The notes under the pieces: generated by a model
Told to the model about the DNA's origin: nothing
The model's input: the letters and a program-made list of their open reading frames with translations, nothing else
The model's database searches: none
NCBI GenBank assembly: GCA_002269645.1
Contig: NIVC01001013.1
Location: 56,764 to 120,763, forward strand
DNA from: Macrostomum lignano
Lineage: Eukaryota
Direction: 5' to 3'
Length of the DNA: 64,000 nt
Shown: positions 46,876-59,466 of the stretch, in pieces
Layout of the letters: each line of letters opens with the position of its first letter
How positions within the stretch are numbered: the stretch's first letter is position 1
Program-made: the position numbers and the translations under genes

Positions 46876-49800
46876 TTAGTCCGTATCTAGGTCAGGGTTA
46901 ATGCTCTCATACTGAACAGTGCCAGTCCGCTCTCTGGCCACCATTTCGACGTCCTCAGGTGTGCGGCCTTTCGTCTCTGGCACGAAGAACCAGGTGAACA
47001 GGAAGAACACGAGCAGGAGAAACACGAACGGCAGGAATGAGTAGTCCTTTAGCTGGGCCTGCGGTGGGCAAAATGGCAGGGTTGGTGGGTCTGTTTGAAT
47101 CGCAGTCACCGACTGACATGAAAGCATTATGTAGAGCTACATTCACTCAAAAGATACTACTCAACATCTATTTTACATGCTCAAACTCTTACCCATGACA
47201 TGCAACTCAAAATCTGCTATTACTCAGATGATACTTAGAACCTACCCATATGAGATGCAACTGAGAGTCTCACCTACCCATATGGGATGCAACTGAGAGT
47301 CTCACCTACCCATATGGGATGCAACTGAGAGTCTCACCTACCCACATGGGATGCAACTGAGAGTCTCACCTACCCATATGGGATGCAACTGAGAGTCTCA
47401 CCTACCCATATGAGATGCAACTGAGAGTCTCACCTACCCATATGAGATGCAACTGAGAGTCTCACCTACCCATATGAGATGCAACTGAGAGTCTCACCTA
47501 CCCATATGAGATGCAACTGAGAGTCTCACCTACCCATATGAGATGTCACTCAGAATCTCACCCATTCTGAGGTGCCACCTAAACCCTATTAATACATTCG
47601 CACACAAGCGATATTTGCTCCAGGCACGCCCTAGCAGCTCACCAGAACAGGTGGATAGCCCATGCCAATAAGGATCTGTCCGGCCCAGTTAACCAGCACG
47701 GCCACGCTAACAGCAACCGGCCGGGCGGCCTGGTTGAACATCTCGGCCACAATGAACCACGGTATAGCGCCTGGCCCAATAGCGAAGAACACAACGTAGA
47801 TATAGATGAAGGCTACGCAGCTGTATACAACCGGCTGAAAGTTGTGATGCAGCACCAAGGAGACTGTAAGCGCACCGGCCGATAGGCACATTCCGGCTAA
47901 GCCGCACATATGCAGAGTGCGCCGGCCGGCCTTATCAACAATAGCAGCGCTGACAAAGGTGACCAGTACGTTGACGCAGCCGATGCCAATAGTGGCATAA
48001 GTAGCCGTCTTCTGGGTCATATTGGCCGATAAGAATATCTCAGTGGAGTAGTTGATAACGGCATTGATGCCGGACAGCTGCTGGGACAGCTGCATAGCAC
48101 AGGCTACTAGCAGTAGGTAGCGCAGGTGAGGCGTGCACAACAGCTTGCGGAGACTCATGGGCTCCGGCGGCGGGTCGGCCTCTCTGGCCAGCTCGGACAG
48201 TTCCTCATCAACCTCGGAGCTCTCGCCGCGCAGTTGGACAAGAGCGGACCGGGCGAGCCGGCTGTCGGATTTGTCCAGCAGCAGGTGGCGCGGACTCTCG
48301 GGGCAGAATGGCAGCACCAGCAGCTGCAGGCAACTGGGCAGCAGAGTCAGGCTCATCAGGTAGAACCAGCGGTCAGGCGTGCCCAGGACGAAGTCCAGGC
48401 CGAGAAGCTGCGGGATTTTGACAGCTCATCACCTGAGGCTAAGGGATTTTGACAGCTCATCACCTGATGCTAAGGGATTTTGACAGCTCATCACCTGATG
48501 CTAAGGGGTTTGACAGTTCATCACCTGATGCTAAGGGGTTTGACAGTTCATCACCTGATGCTAAGGGGTTTGACAGCTCATCACCTGATGCTAAGGGGTT
48601 TGACAGCTCATCACCTGATGCTAAGGGGTTTTGACAGCTCATCACCTGATGCTAAGGGGTTTGACAGTTCATCACCTGATGCTAAGGGGTTTTGACAGTT
48701 CATCACCTGATGCTAAGGGGTTTTGACAGTTCATCACCTGATGCTAAGGGGTTTGACAGTTCATCACCTGATGCTAAGGGGTTTGACAGTTCATCACCTG
48801 ATGCTAAGGGGTTTGACAGCTCATCACCTGATGCTAAGGGATTTTGACAGCTCATCACCTGATGCTAAGGGATTTTGACAGCTCATCACCTGAGGCTAAG
48901 GGATTTTGACAGCTCATCACCTGAGGCTAAGGGATTTTGACAGCTCATCACCTGATGCTAAGGGGTTTGACAGTTCATCACCTGATGCTAAGGGGTTTGA
49001 CAGTTCATCACCTGATGCTAAGGGGTTTGACAGCTCATCACCTGATGCTAAGGGATTTTGACAGCTCATCACCCGATGCTAAGGGTTTTGACAGCTCATC
49101 ACCTGATGCTAAGGGGTTTTGACAGCTCATCACCTGATGCTAAGGGGTTTGACAGTTCATCACCTGATGCTAAGGGGTTTTGACAGTTCATCACCTGATG
49201 CTAAAGGGGTTTTGACAGCTCATCACCTGATGCTAGGGGGTTTTGACAGTTCATCACCTGATGCTAAAGGGGTTTTGACAGCTCATCACCTGATGCTAAG
49301 GGGTTTTGACAGCTCATCACCTGATGCTGAGGGGTTTGGACAGCTCATCACCTGATGCTAAGGGATTTTGACAGCTCATCACCTGATGCTAAGGGATTTT
49401 GACAGTTCATCACCTGATGCTAAGGGGTTTTGACAGTTCATCACCTGATGCTGAGTGGTTTTGACAGCTCATCACCTGATGCTAAGGGATTTTGACAGCT
49501 CATCACCTGATGCTAAGGGGTTTTGACAGCTCATCACCTGATGCTGAGGGGTTTTGACAGCTCATCACCTGATGCTGTGGGGTTTTGACAGCTCATCACC
49601 TGATGCTAAGGGATTTTGACAGCTCATCACCTGATGCTAAGGGGTTTTGACAGCTCATCACCTGAAGCTAAGGGGTTCTGAGTAGTCCGAGTTTGTAGCG
49701 GCTGAAAGCACAGAAGCTTTTAAGCACGGGTCAGCAAACTCCGGCCCTTGGGTCTTTGAAACTTCACAATAGCAATCCGGCCCGCTCAAGGCCTGTCTCT

Positions 49801-50934
49801 TCTCACGTTCTCAGCTCTCTTCTCTAACCTCCCCCTTTCCTCTCCTCTCCTCTCCCCTCTCCTATTTCATCCCTCTACTCCTCTCTTCCTTTTCACCCAT
49901 CTCTCTTTTCTCCTATCTCTCTTCTCTCTTCTCTACTCCCTCTCCTCCCCCCTCCCCTAGTCCACAGTCATGTGCTGGATTCTCTATCTGACCCTTTAAG
50001 GTGATCCAACCCTGCCTTAAGGTGCTGTAGCCTAGTGGTTAGAGCGTCGGACTCACGATCCTGATAGGTTGGGGGTTCGATTCTCGACCCAGCCAGAACA
50101 ATTTGTGTCCTTGAGCAAGACACTTAACTCTGCATTATTGCTTCAGTTCACCCAGCTATAAAATGGGTGCCAGCATTAGCTGGGGTAATTGAGGCTGTGT
50201 GTGGCGACCCCCCAGTCCTTGGACTGAACAGCCGTACGCAGCCTTCAGATGCGCCGCGCAATAGCTGCGGCTGAGCTGTCGGTTGCACATCTGGCCATTG
50301 GGGCAGTTGTTTTGACAGTTCATGAAGATTCAGCCAACAGCTAGCCTTAAGCTTTTAATAAGTTTCAATCCTGAACCTATGAAAAATCGGGATTCACAGC
50401 CGTATAACAAAAGCTCACCTGAGACACTAGAATAGCGATTACGATAGCCAATTGATTCAAAGTTCCGCTGGCGCCTTTCAACGACTGCGGCGCCACCTCG
50501 GACAGGTAGAGCGGCGCCACGCCGGTGCTGACCCCGGCAGACAGACCGGCAAACAGGCGGCCCACAATGAGCAGCTCGTAGGAGGCCACCCAGGCGCACA
50601 GCAGCATCAGGCCGGAGCCCAGCATCATTGGCACATTATTGAGCAGCAGGCTGCCTTTGCGGCCCAAACGGCGAGCTAAATAGCCAGCCGACACGCCGCC
50701 GACCATGCCGCCAACTGGGAAAATTGCCACGACAACGGATTTGAGAGTCTCAATAGTCGTGTCGGACATTGGCTGGCCTGTCCGGTTCAAAGCCACCGAG
50801 GCTGTATAGTTGCCGATGAGCACCAGGGCTTCATTCACTACGCCAGTCTGATAGCCGAACTGAAAAGACGAGCCTAGGGCTATGACCGTCACAGTCAGCA
50901 GCAGAGAGGCTGTCACCGCCAGCAATAGTGGCAT
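46876..50934 (-). CDS. SLC2A: Facilitated glucose transporter, SLC2A/GLUT class I-like (exons 50934-50419, 48407-47643, 47058-46876; ~487 aa)
   Basis: SSFQFGYQTGVVN, GRKGSL, GRLFAG, PLYLSE, QQLSGINAVINYS, GRRTL, GPGAIPW, VPETKGRT; both introns are phase-0 GT-AG. Confidence 0.95.
47240..47545. repeat. Intronic minisatellite, 32-bp unit CCATATGAGATGCAACTGAGAGTCTCACCTAC
   Basis: Direct inspection; GLUT intron 2. Confidence 0.95.
48412..49680. repeat. Intronic minisatellite, 30/31-bp unit TTTGACAGCTCATCACCTGATGCTAAGGGG
   Basis: Direct inspection; abuts the acceptor of GLUT exon 2. Confidence 0.97.
49725..50014. mobile_element. hAT/Charlie-like MITE, related to 14470-14623
   Basis: Starts CACGGGTCAGCAAACT..CGGCCC and ends AACCCTG; has a CT-rich core. 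No clean 8-bp TSD. Confidence 0.5.
50021..50320 (+). mobile_element. tRNA-derived CORE-type SINE
   Basis: tRNA-like head with A box TAGCCTAGTGG and B box GGTTCGATTC, followed by TGTGTCCTTGAGCAAGACACTTAAC...CTTCAGTT.ACCCAGCT.TAAAATGGG, resembling the MIR/CORE domain. 3' end approximate. Confidence 0.85.
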
Positions 50935-51884
50935 TCATTGCTTTAGATTGAGTCAGCATTGTTCTACTCTAAACTTCGGTCTCCATAGATACATCTACAC
51001 TACTTACTAAGTAGCTTATTCCTGCTGCTAGCCAAAACTTTGCAATAAGAAGGCAAAAGACCAATACAGGAGCAGAAGCAGTTTAAGTGTATAATCAGTT
51101 TATATATTTGTGCTAAAAATTTATGCTATCACTGAATAGGAAAAACACGACGCAATGAAAAAAAAAAATAAAACTACATAGCAACGGCCACCGAAAAATA
51201 CTTTTAAAAATACTTTCGCATAGGGTATCTCAATAAAGCTGTCAGATTCCGATTAAGAGGACTCATATATCCTCTGATCAGCTGATTAATAATTGAGGAA
51301 CTACTAATTCATGCCTAATCAGCATAAGCCTTTATGTCTAGCTGTAAAGTCGGTATATGTGCATTGCGCGATAGGAACCAGCACCACGATTAAAAAATGT
51401 CATATTGTAAGAAAAAATACGCATTTTACTACTGAAATCATAAAACTGTTAAAAGCATTACACAATTGGCCACCAGTATACGGGAAGACATTTAAATTTA
51501 TCAAGGAAAAAGCGTTATTACAACAATTGGTAGCCTTTAAATAGAAAACTTCAGAATGACAAAACCAATGACCAAGCATTGCAGACTAGAAACAATAGCC
51601 CGACAGAAACCAGTGCAGCTTAAGTTAAAATAAATTATATTCAATTTTCTAGTAGGCTCTAATCTAACAGCAGAACTAACAACTTGACAATTTGTTTGCC
51701 GCTATAAAGGTATGGCTGAGATTCCTCCTCAATTTTTGTAATTCTGAATCTAAGAAAATATTTATTTAAATACGTTCCATCTGTCGAAGGCAGTGAAGAT
51801 CAGCCAGTCAACCAAAAACAAAACTTTTTACCCAATCAACAGAACAAAATACCCTAATATAGGCCCGTATACAGTGACAAAAGG

Positions 51885-52622
51885 TCAACCTCTCGCTCCT
51901 TGGATAATCATAAGAATAAATAGGAAGATGTTGACAATGTCCAAGTAGAGATTAAGCGCAGCAAACACGTACTCTTCGGGCGACAGAGAGTACTTGTGCT
52001 TGCCGCCCAGCATCATCTGGGTGTCCACAACCAGGTACACGCTGAACAGCAATGCTCCCAAACAGGCATAGGCTAGGGTGGCAAACCTGTTCTGCACAAT
52101 AGCGCACAGCAGACCAAACAGAATCAGGGCGATGAGCAGGACAAACAGAATTCCGCTCAGATAGGTGAAATCAATCTTAGTCTGCATAGCGAACAGAGTC
52201 AGAGCGAACACTATGAACACTGTGACACCGATAGCCATAAACACGGCGTCAGTATCGAAGCGAGCAGAGATGCTGCCTAGCATGTAGCTCTCGCACAGAG
52301 TGAACAAGCCCAACAAGATTAAGTTGACAGGAAACTTCCGCCTGACATCCTCGCAACAGGCCAGGACAATGACTAGTATTATAGTTAGCACCAAGGCTAA
52401 GATGTACAGCCAGTCATTGCGTATAGCATACTGTTTAATCGGCTGGCAGAACACAAACAGCGCTATAAATCCCATGGTGACCACGAGCTGTACAGTGAGT
52501 ATGCCGTACACTTTGCGCACGAATCCTTTCCTAATAGACTCTTCGTTAAATTGCATATTGCCATTGTCTACAAGGCCGCCGGATTCCGCGTCACCCGACT
52601 GCGGCTCGCTGGCTGCCGCCAT
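51885..52622 (-). CDS. Lifeguard/TMBIM (Bax inhibitor-1 family) protein A, intronless
   Basis: IRKGFVRKVYGILTVQL, RRKFPVNLILL, QTKIDFT, YLVVDTQMMLGGKH, SPEEYVFAALNLYLDIVN. Confidence 0.95.
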   Translation of the reverse strand: MAAASEPQSGDAESGGLVDNGNMQFNEESIRKGFVRKVYGILTVQLVVTMGFIALFVFCQPIKQYAIRNDWLYILALVLTIILVIVLACCEDVRRKFPVNLILLGLFTLCESYMLGSISARFDTDAVFMAIGVTVFIVFALTLFAMQTKIDFTYLSGILFVLLIALILFGLLCAIVQNRFATLAYACLGALLFSVYLVVDTQMMLGGKHKYSLSPEEYVFAALNLYLDIVNIFLFILMIIQGARG

Positions 52623-53124
52623 TTACAATTGGCACTGCAAATTGGGAAAAATGACAGTCAGAGTCACTTTTGTTAGCCCCAGTTTAGCTTTCGAATTGTA
52701 ATATGCTTTAATCGAAGCTTTTTAGGTGGGTCAAGGAGGGACAGGCCACATTAATGCGATTCTCGCCAACCCCTTAGGCAGTGTGTACATGCCTGACGAC
52801 AGAGAAAGCCATAGCCGCTGTACACCATGTGGGAGTGCGTGCAGTTTCCTTGTACGTGTTCAGGAGGTCCGTGGGTCGACTTTCGCTATGATTAGTACTC
52901 TAACTTAGAGCCACACTGCAAACTATAACTGAATAATCCCCATCTCATGAACTGTGTAGTGTCAATACAGTGTAGTGTTGATCATTTACTGTCTATTAAA
53001 CTTATGAAACAAGCCATGCAGATTTATGAAAATTCTACAGCAAAAGAGTAAGCATTGCCCGCGCTGTTACGGTGCATACTCTATTTCTAGTAAAACTAAA
53101 AGCTGCATTGATTTAACAAAAGTT

Positions 53125-53856
53125 TTAGTCCCGAAACGATGAAGTAAGCATTAGAATGAAGAGGAGCAGATTGAAAATATCCATGTAGATGTTCAGAGCG
53201 GCAAAGATATATTCCTCAGGCGACACCGAGTATTTATGCTTTCCGCCAAGCATCAGCTGAGTGTCAACGACTAAGTAGACGCTGAATATTAGAGCGCCCA
53301 GACACGAGTAGACCAGGGTGAGGTACCGAGATTGAAGAATAGCGCACAGGATGCCGAATGCTACAAGTACAATTACTAGTACAAACAGGATACCGCTCAG
53401 GTAAGTGAAGTCCAGCTTAGTTTGCAAAGCAAAGATGGTCAGTGCAAGCACTACAAAAGCTGTCACCCCAACAGCGATTAGTACAGCATCGGTTTTGAAG
53501 CGAGCGGACACCAGGCCCAATGCAAAGCCTTGAAGCAAGGTGAACAGGCCAAGCAGAATAAAGTTGAGCGGAAACTTCCGCCTGACACTGTCGAAGCATG
53601 ACAAAACAATGAGGAATACGAATAGTACAGAAAATACCACAATATAGAGCCACTGAAACTTTATAGCAAACTTCTTGGCCGGCTCGAAGAATATGAAGAA
53701 TGCAATGCAACCGCCCGATATCAGCAGCTGGCAGCACAATATGCTGTAAACCTTGCGAATAAATGCCTTGCGAATAGGTTCCTCAGTTAATTGCTGTTGA
53801 AATTCTCTGTCGGATGTGTGTTTAGCCGACTCTAATTGTGACGGCCCAACTGACAT
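53125..53856 (-). CDS. Lifeguard/TMBIM protein B, intronless tandem paralog
   Basis: IRKAFIRKVYSIL, RRKFPLNFILL, QTKLDFT, YLVVDTQLMLGGKH, SPEEYIFAALNIYMDIFN. Confidence 0.95.
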   Translation of the reverse strand: MSVGPSQLESAKHTSDREFQQQLTEEPIRKAFIRKVYSILCCQLLISGGCIAFFIFFEPAKKFAIKFQWLYIVVFSVLFVFLIVLSCFDSVRRKFPLNFILLGLFTLLQGFALGLVSARFKTDAVLIAVGVTAFVVLALTIFALQTKLDFTYLSGILFVLVIVLVAFGILCAILQSRYLTLVYSCLGALIFSVYLVVDTQLMLGGKHKYSVSPEEYIFAALNIYMDIFNLLLFILMLTSSFRD

Positions 53857-55998
53857 GGCCGGACTGATTTACAGTAGAGCTTGCAGTTAGTTGTTGCTCT
53901 TCCGAGGCTATAAATAAGGATTCTTACCTAAGCCTAGTAACTACGTAATCTTGGCTTGAAACTATTCTATACAAGTCACACAATTTGATGCCGTAGAAAG
54001 TAGAAATGAAATAATAAAAGCTGAAAGCTGCACGGCAGCCTGAGAATGTCTATGGCCAAAAGAGCATTCATTGATATAGATAGTACGAAATCGTTTTTCA
54101 CGCTCGCTGAGACTGTCTGTGGTAAATCCTCACTTGGTGCTATGCTAAGTTATGAAGTTCTAAAAATAGCATATGAGACAAAAGTCAAAATTACCTTCAT
54201 TTCCTGGTCCAAAAACTTTATGGACCATCTCAAGGAATCGGTTGTTTCAGCTATCGTTTAACACCTGCAGTAAGCATTAACTCTGGACACAATCTCCCAC
54301 TGCTGCACGTTTCACAATACACAAAACAAAATTAAACTAGCTAGCCCTAGAAACTACGCAATAGTAAAAGCAAATAAGTGGTTGTCAAAACAAAAAAGAA
54401 AAGAAAAGAGTCTTGCTACTCAAAACCTATTTGATAATTTTTTTATTTATAAAGATGAATTATTTTCTTGGAACACTCGTGCAAGCTAGCTAGTAGAACT
54501 AATCAGAACATACTACTAATTAGTAGGACTGAAGAAAAACTAATGATAGTTTATAATAAAGAATTAATAAAAACAGAATTGCAGCAAAATAACAGCAACA
54601 CACAAAAGTAAAAATAAGCAAATTTCTGAACGTCAATTTTTTTAAAGAATGAAATCCTCGAGTTTCGACATCCTGGTTTAAAAAAACAATTGACTTTTCC
54701 CCAGCGTTACAAAATCACAATTAGTTTTAGGGGAATGCTGGGACATTGTGTAAATGTTGGAAATTTTATACACCTGTAAAGGGACCTATAAATGTGCTTG
54801 TTATGACTGATGATTTAATGTGCATTTGGCTTCAAATTAGCTAATATTTCTTCGTCATGAAAGATTTATGAGCAATGGGGTTTTTATAGGCAAGCGCATA
54901 TGACAGTTTTGTTAAAACTCTTCCACACAATTAACAAAAATGCAGAGACAGAAACGAGTATATGAAAGTGTGAAAATTGTTAACAAAAAATCTATGTACG
55001 TTTCTTTACAAAGCCTGCCACAGTCCATCGAACCAGATTTTATCATCCACACTGCTAAAACATAATTTGACAAAATGACGTGCGATGAAAAAACAACAAA
55101 AAAGTGTTGAAAAACTAGCAGTAAATATAATGAAATTGCGTCAAATTAATAATTTATTGATTCAATTTTTATAATTCAAGTTCTTCTGTACTAGGTTTGA
55201 GCAAAATTTAGCTGGATTTCAAATTCTTAATAAACAGTACTAACAAGGTAACTTAGAAGTGTAACAGCCTTATAGATAGCAAAGATACTAGAATAACTAG
55301 ATGGGCCACTCAGCACATTTGCGTGTAAAGCTACTTTCAGTTCAGTAGCAAGTTAAACATAAGCATTTGAATGTATTTTTAAAGCCATTGCTCAATTATT
55401 AGTTCGTATCCCCCAGCATAAACCCTTCAACCGTGCCTTTCCACACAACCCCCACCCGACTCAATAATTTTTATGGCATTTCTGATAATTCCAGCCTAAA
55501 GCTGCGATGTACATTTCAGTGGACTGGCTAATGTACATTACCGCTGAACCAATTAGCAAGTTGTTTACGCCTGCAAGCTTGGGCTTCTAAACTTATCAAA
55601 GTCATTTCAGCTGCCTTTATTTTTATAAAATAGCTTATGTATTCCTCTTTGCTACTGAAGTGAAAGTAGAAAGCTGTTTTAAGTATATATGCCTGAGCTG
55701 CACATATAGTTATTTTAGCATCCGTGATAGTCTGACAGATAGGTAATAGCTTTTATATCATAAATTATATCGTAATCTTAGTGAGCTCTAAGGTAACAAT
55801 CTTGTTTTTAAAGCCTTTTAAATGAGACATTATAACGTTTTTTTGCCTTTTAACCTTCTAAAATATAATTCGATTTTGCCATTCAACCTACTCACAGTAA
55901 AGAGTTTTCTATAACTGCAGATTAGCATTTTTCACCTGTCTAGATTGAATATCAATTTTGTTATAAATAAACGAGAAATATCATAATCCAATCAGTGT

Positions 55999-56023
55999 GT
56001 CCGACGCTCTAACCACTAGGCTA
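55999..56023 (-). repeat. 25-bp fragment identical to the SINE head at 50028-50052
   Basis: The reverse complement is TAGCCTAGTGGTTAGAGCGTCGGAC. Confidence 0.7.
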
Positions 56024-56239
56024 AAAACCCTCCCCCAGGGAACTAATCCTATACCTAAATATATAACTAACTAGAAAATGTAAAATGCAACATTTCAATA
56101 TAAATTTTTATTTAAATACACCTTTGTGAGACTTGCTTGCCTGCACTGCAGAGTAGAGCGAGGCGGCTGTTTTAGCATCCTTTCGTGATACAGAAAACGG
56201 ATATAAAAATTCAGTCAGCTATAATCCTATTGTTAAACG

Positions 56240-57926
56240 TTAATATCGCTCCTTGGCAAACTTGACTCCCTTGTCAATGTTAGCCAGCAGCTCGGGCATA
56301 GCAGACTGCAGCAGTTTCGCCTCATAGTCAAGCAGACTGCCGAGTCCCAAGTTCTCCTCAACGCCGTCGCGGCCAAGCAGAATCGGAGTAGAAAAATACG
56401 GCGCCTCGGTGACCGTGGATTCGACGAATGCGCACTCAATGACGGCGCGCTTGCCGTCAATGGCCGACAGCACCGACACGACGAATCGCTCGGCGGCGAA
56501 AGCCATGGACAGGGTGGCCGACCCGGCCCCGGCCTTGGCCTCCACAACCTCTGTGCCGGCATTCTGAATTCGCCTTGTGATCGCCTCACGATCGGCGGTT
56601 TTAAAGCTGACCCCGGGCACGGCCTGGCTGATCACTGGGATAATTGTCACTCCGCTGTGACCGCCAATCACTGGCACGCTAACCTTATTCACGTCCAAGC
56701 CTTTGGCCTCGGCTACAAACGTATTGGCTCGGACAATGTCCAAAGTTGTCACACCAAACAGGCGTCTGGGATCGTAGACGCCCCGGCGTTTGAGCACCTC
56801 GGCTGCGATTGGCACGGTGCTGTTAACCGGATTAGTAACTATGCACAGCATGGCCTTATGACAGGCCGTGGCAAAAGCGCTAGTCAGATCGGCAACTATG
56901 CCGGCATTTGTGTTGAATAGGTCATCTCGGGTCATGCCCGGCTTGCGGGGCACGCCGGCCGGGATCACCACCACCTGGCTGTCCTGTGGGTTGTCGAGGG
57001 ATTTCGGGCTGGTATATGAGCAAGAGTTTTGCCTATTTATCCGCTATAGTTTTAAAAGTACACGAGATGACGCGTCAGGCAAAAATGTTTACATAGTTTT
57101 CTGATAGAGAGCTTTTGACTGAAGGACCAGGATATGGTGTCAGACACACAATGAATGAATGGAGCAATTGTGACTGAAGGACCAGGATATGGTGTCAGAC
57201 ACACAATGAATGAATGGAGCAATTGTGACTGAAGGACCAGGATATGGTGTCAGACACCCAATGAATGAATGAAGCAATTGTGACTGAAGGACCAGGATAT
57301 GGTGTCAGACACAATGAATGAATGGAGCAATTGTGACTGATGGACCAGGATATGGTGTCAGACACACAATGAATGAATGGAGCAATTGTGACTAAAGGAC
57401 CAGGATATGGTGTCAGACACACAATGAATGAATGGAGCAATTGTGACTAAAGGACCAGGATATGGTGTCAGACACACAATGAATGAATGGAGCAATTGTG
57501 ACTAAAGGACCAGGATATGGTGTCAGACACAATGAATGAATGGAGCAATTGTGACTGAAGGACCAGGATACGGTTACCTTTTGCCCCTAGGCCTTATATA
57601 TCAAAAACAGCTAGTGACGAGTACTAAATCTACCAAAAGCATTCGCACCTTCAAGCAGTCCTCAAGCTTATCTGGCCCCTCGTATCCGGTGACCTCTGCG
57701 CGCGAGGCCACGTGACTAAGATCGGCGGCTACTCCCATGACGCCCTTGATGTCGTACAACGCCAGCTGGCTAATCAATGGCGACTCCTTCAAAAGCAGGG
57801 ACAGCGGTTGGCCGATGCCCCTGCGGCGCCTAGCACCGTCACCTTATTGTTCAACTGGCTGCCGACTGAGAAGCTCCGAGAAGCGATCCGCAATCGGCAG
57901 CTCCTGGCAGCCATTGAGGAGGACAT
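56240..57926 (-). CDS. MDH2: Mitochondrial malate dehydrogenase (exons 57926-57649 and 56983-56240; 1-nt frameshift at 57818-57821)
   Basis: Arg/Ser-rich presequence, KVTVLGAAG(G)[80 protein letters not shown]. Confidence 0.95.
57113..57570. repeat. Intronic minisatellite, 53/55-bp unit (GACTGAAGGACCAGGATATGGTGTCAGACAC(AC)AATGAATGAATGGAGCAATTGT)
   Basis: Direct inspection; MDH intron. Confidence 0.95.
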
Positions 57927-58009
57927 TCGAATAGCAAGGCTGAGCATTGCGCGACTGGCTTTGAGAACTGAAGTGTTTTATTGTTGTAAAGTTGTAATGG
58001 ATAAATCCC

Positions 58010-58140
58010 TATGCCCCCATGTCCAATAACATCCTGATCATGGACCCCATGCCCAATGACATCCTGATCATGGATCCCATGTCCAGTAACCTCCTGATTA
58101 TGGACCCCATGCCCAATAACATTCTGATAATGGACCTCCA
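58010..58140. repeat. Short 30-bp tandem repeat (ATGGACCCCATGCCCAATAACATCCTGATC)
   Basis: About 4 copies just upstream of the MDH ATG. Confidence 0.85.
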
Positions 58141-58161
58141 TACCCATTTACATACTGATCA

Positions 58162-58378
58162 CCCGTATAAAAGGGGGAAGGTCACATTTTTTATGACAGT
58201 CAAAAAAATGTGACACTGCCTGTCACGCTTGTGACCGTCAAGAGTGATAGTGATGTGACCGTCAATGTGACCCTCAAATGTAACAGACAAATATGTGACA
58301 GTTCACTTGACTGCCACATCTAAGTGTCACAATGAACGGTCACATAGTCAAAATGTGACAGTCCCACTTTTATACGGG
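58162..58378. mobile_element. 217-bp MITE with CCC...GGG termini and candidate 3-bp TSD (TCA)
   Basis: CCCGTATAAAAGGGGGAAGGTCACATTTT versus the right-end reverse complement CCCGTATAAAAGTGGGACTGTCACATTTT; TCA on both flanks; interior rich in GTGAC/GTCAC. Confidence 0.75.
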
Positions 58379-59094
58379 TCATAAACCCCCATGACAAAAC
58401 TTACTAATACTACTATATATAAAATGAAATAAGTAGAAAGATCGAAAACAACCATATTAAAATAAACATTTGTTGCTAACGAGTTTTTATTTTATAATTA
58501 TTACTACTCAGCAAGATGTTCCCCGATGTTGAAAGTATCAGATATCAGAGGATGGTTAGATATAGTTTGAACTACGAGCACACACAAATATAGAAGTTTT
58601 GTAGTATTACTATAGTACTCGAGAGGGCAGTGTTGACTGATTGAATATTGTGCGGCACTGATGTTAGTAAGTAGAGAGGAAAACAGTATGTTTTATGAGT
58701 TCCAACAGAAACTAAATAGAAGACAGTTCTAATTATGACAAAGCATGTCTCTCGCAGCCCAGCTAACAACATTGGAACGTAAAAAATAACAATCGAAAAC
58801 AGCTCATCTGATACAAGCAATCTATAGGACAGCTTGCGCCAGGCTGAACAAAAAATCAGATTATTTAATCGCTAGAAGAAATAAATTTACTATCTATATA
58901 TAAGAGTTAAGTGTGTAGAGAACTAATGAAAGGGGTGCTGATATAAGCGAGCTCAAATCTTGGTATCAAGTTAGCTAAAATTACCAGTTAGAACTCGGGT
59001 TAATTAGATAATTCATATATTTATTAAGTGATAATTTAATTAGTTCCACAGAGAAGCCCTGCGCAACTGACTGCCCAACAGCGGGGCGGGTGAA

Positions 59095-59466
<372 letters not shown>

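Noticed and set aside
50021-50095. Functional tRNA gene
   Set aside because: The acceptor and anticodon arms do not pair cleanly and it runs into a CORE domain, so it is a SINE head.
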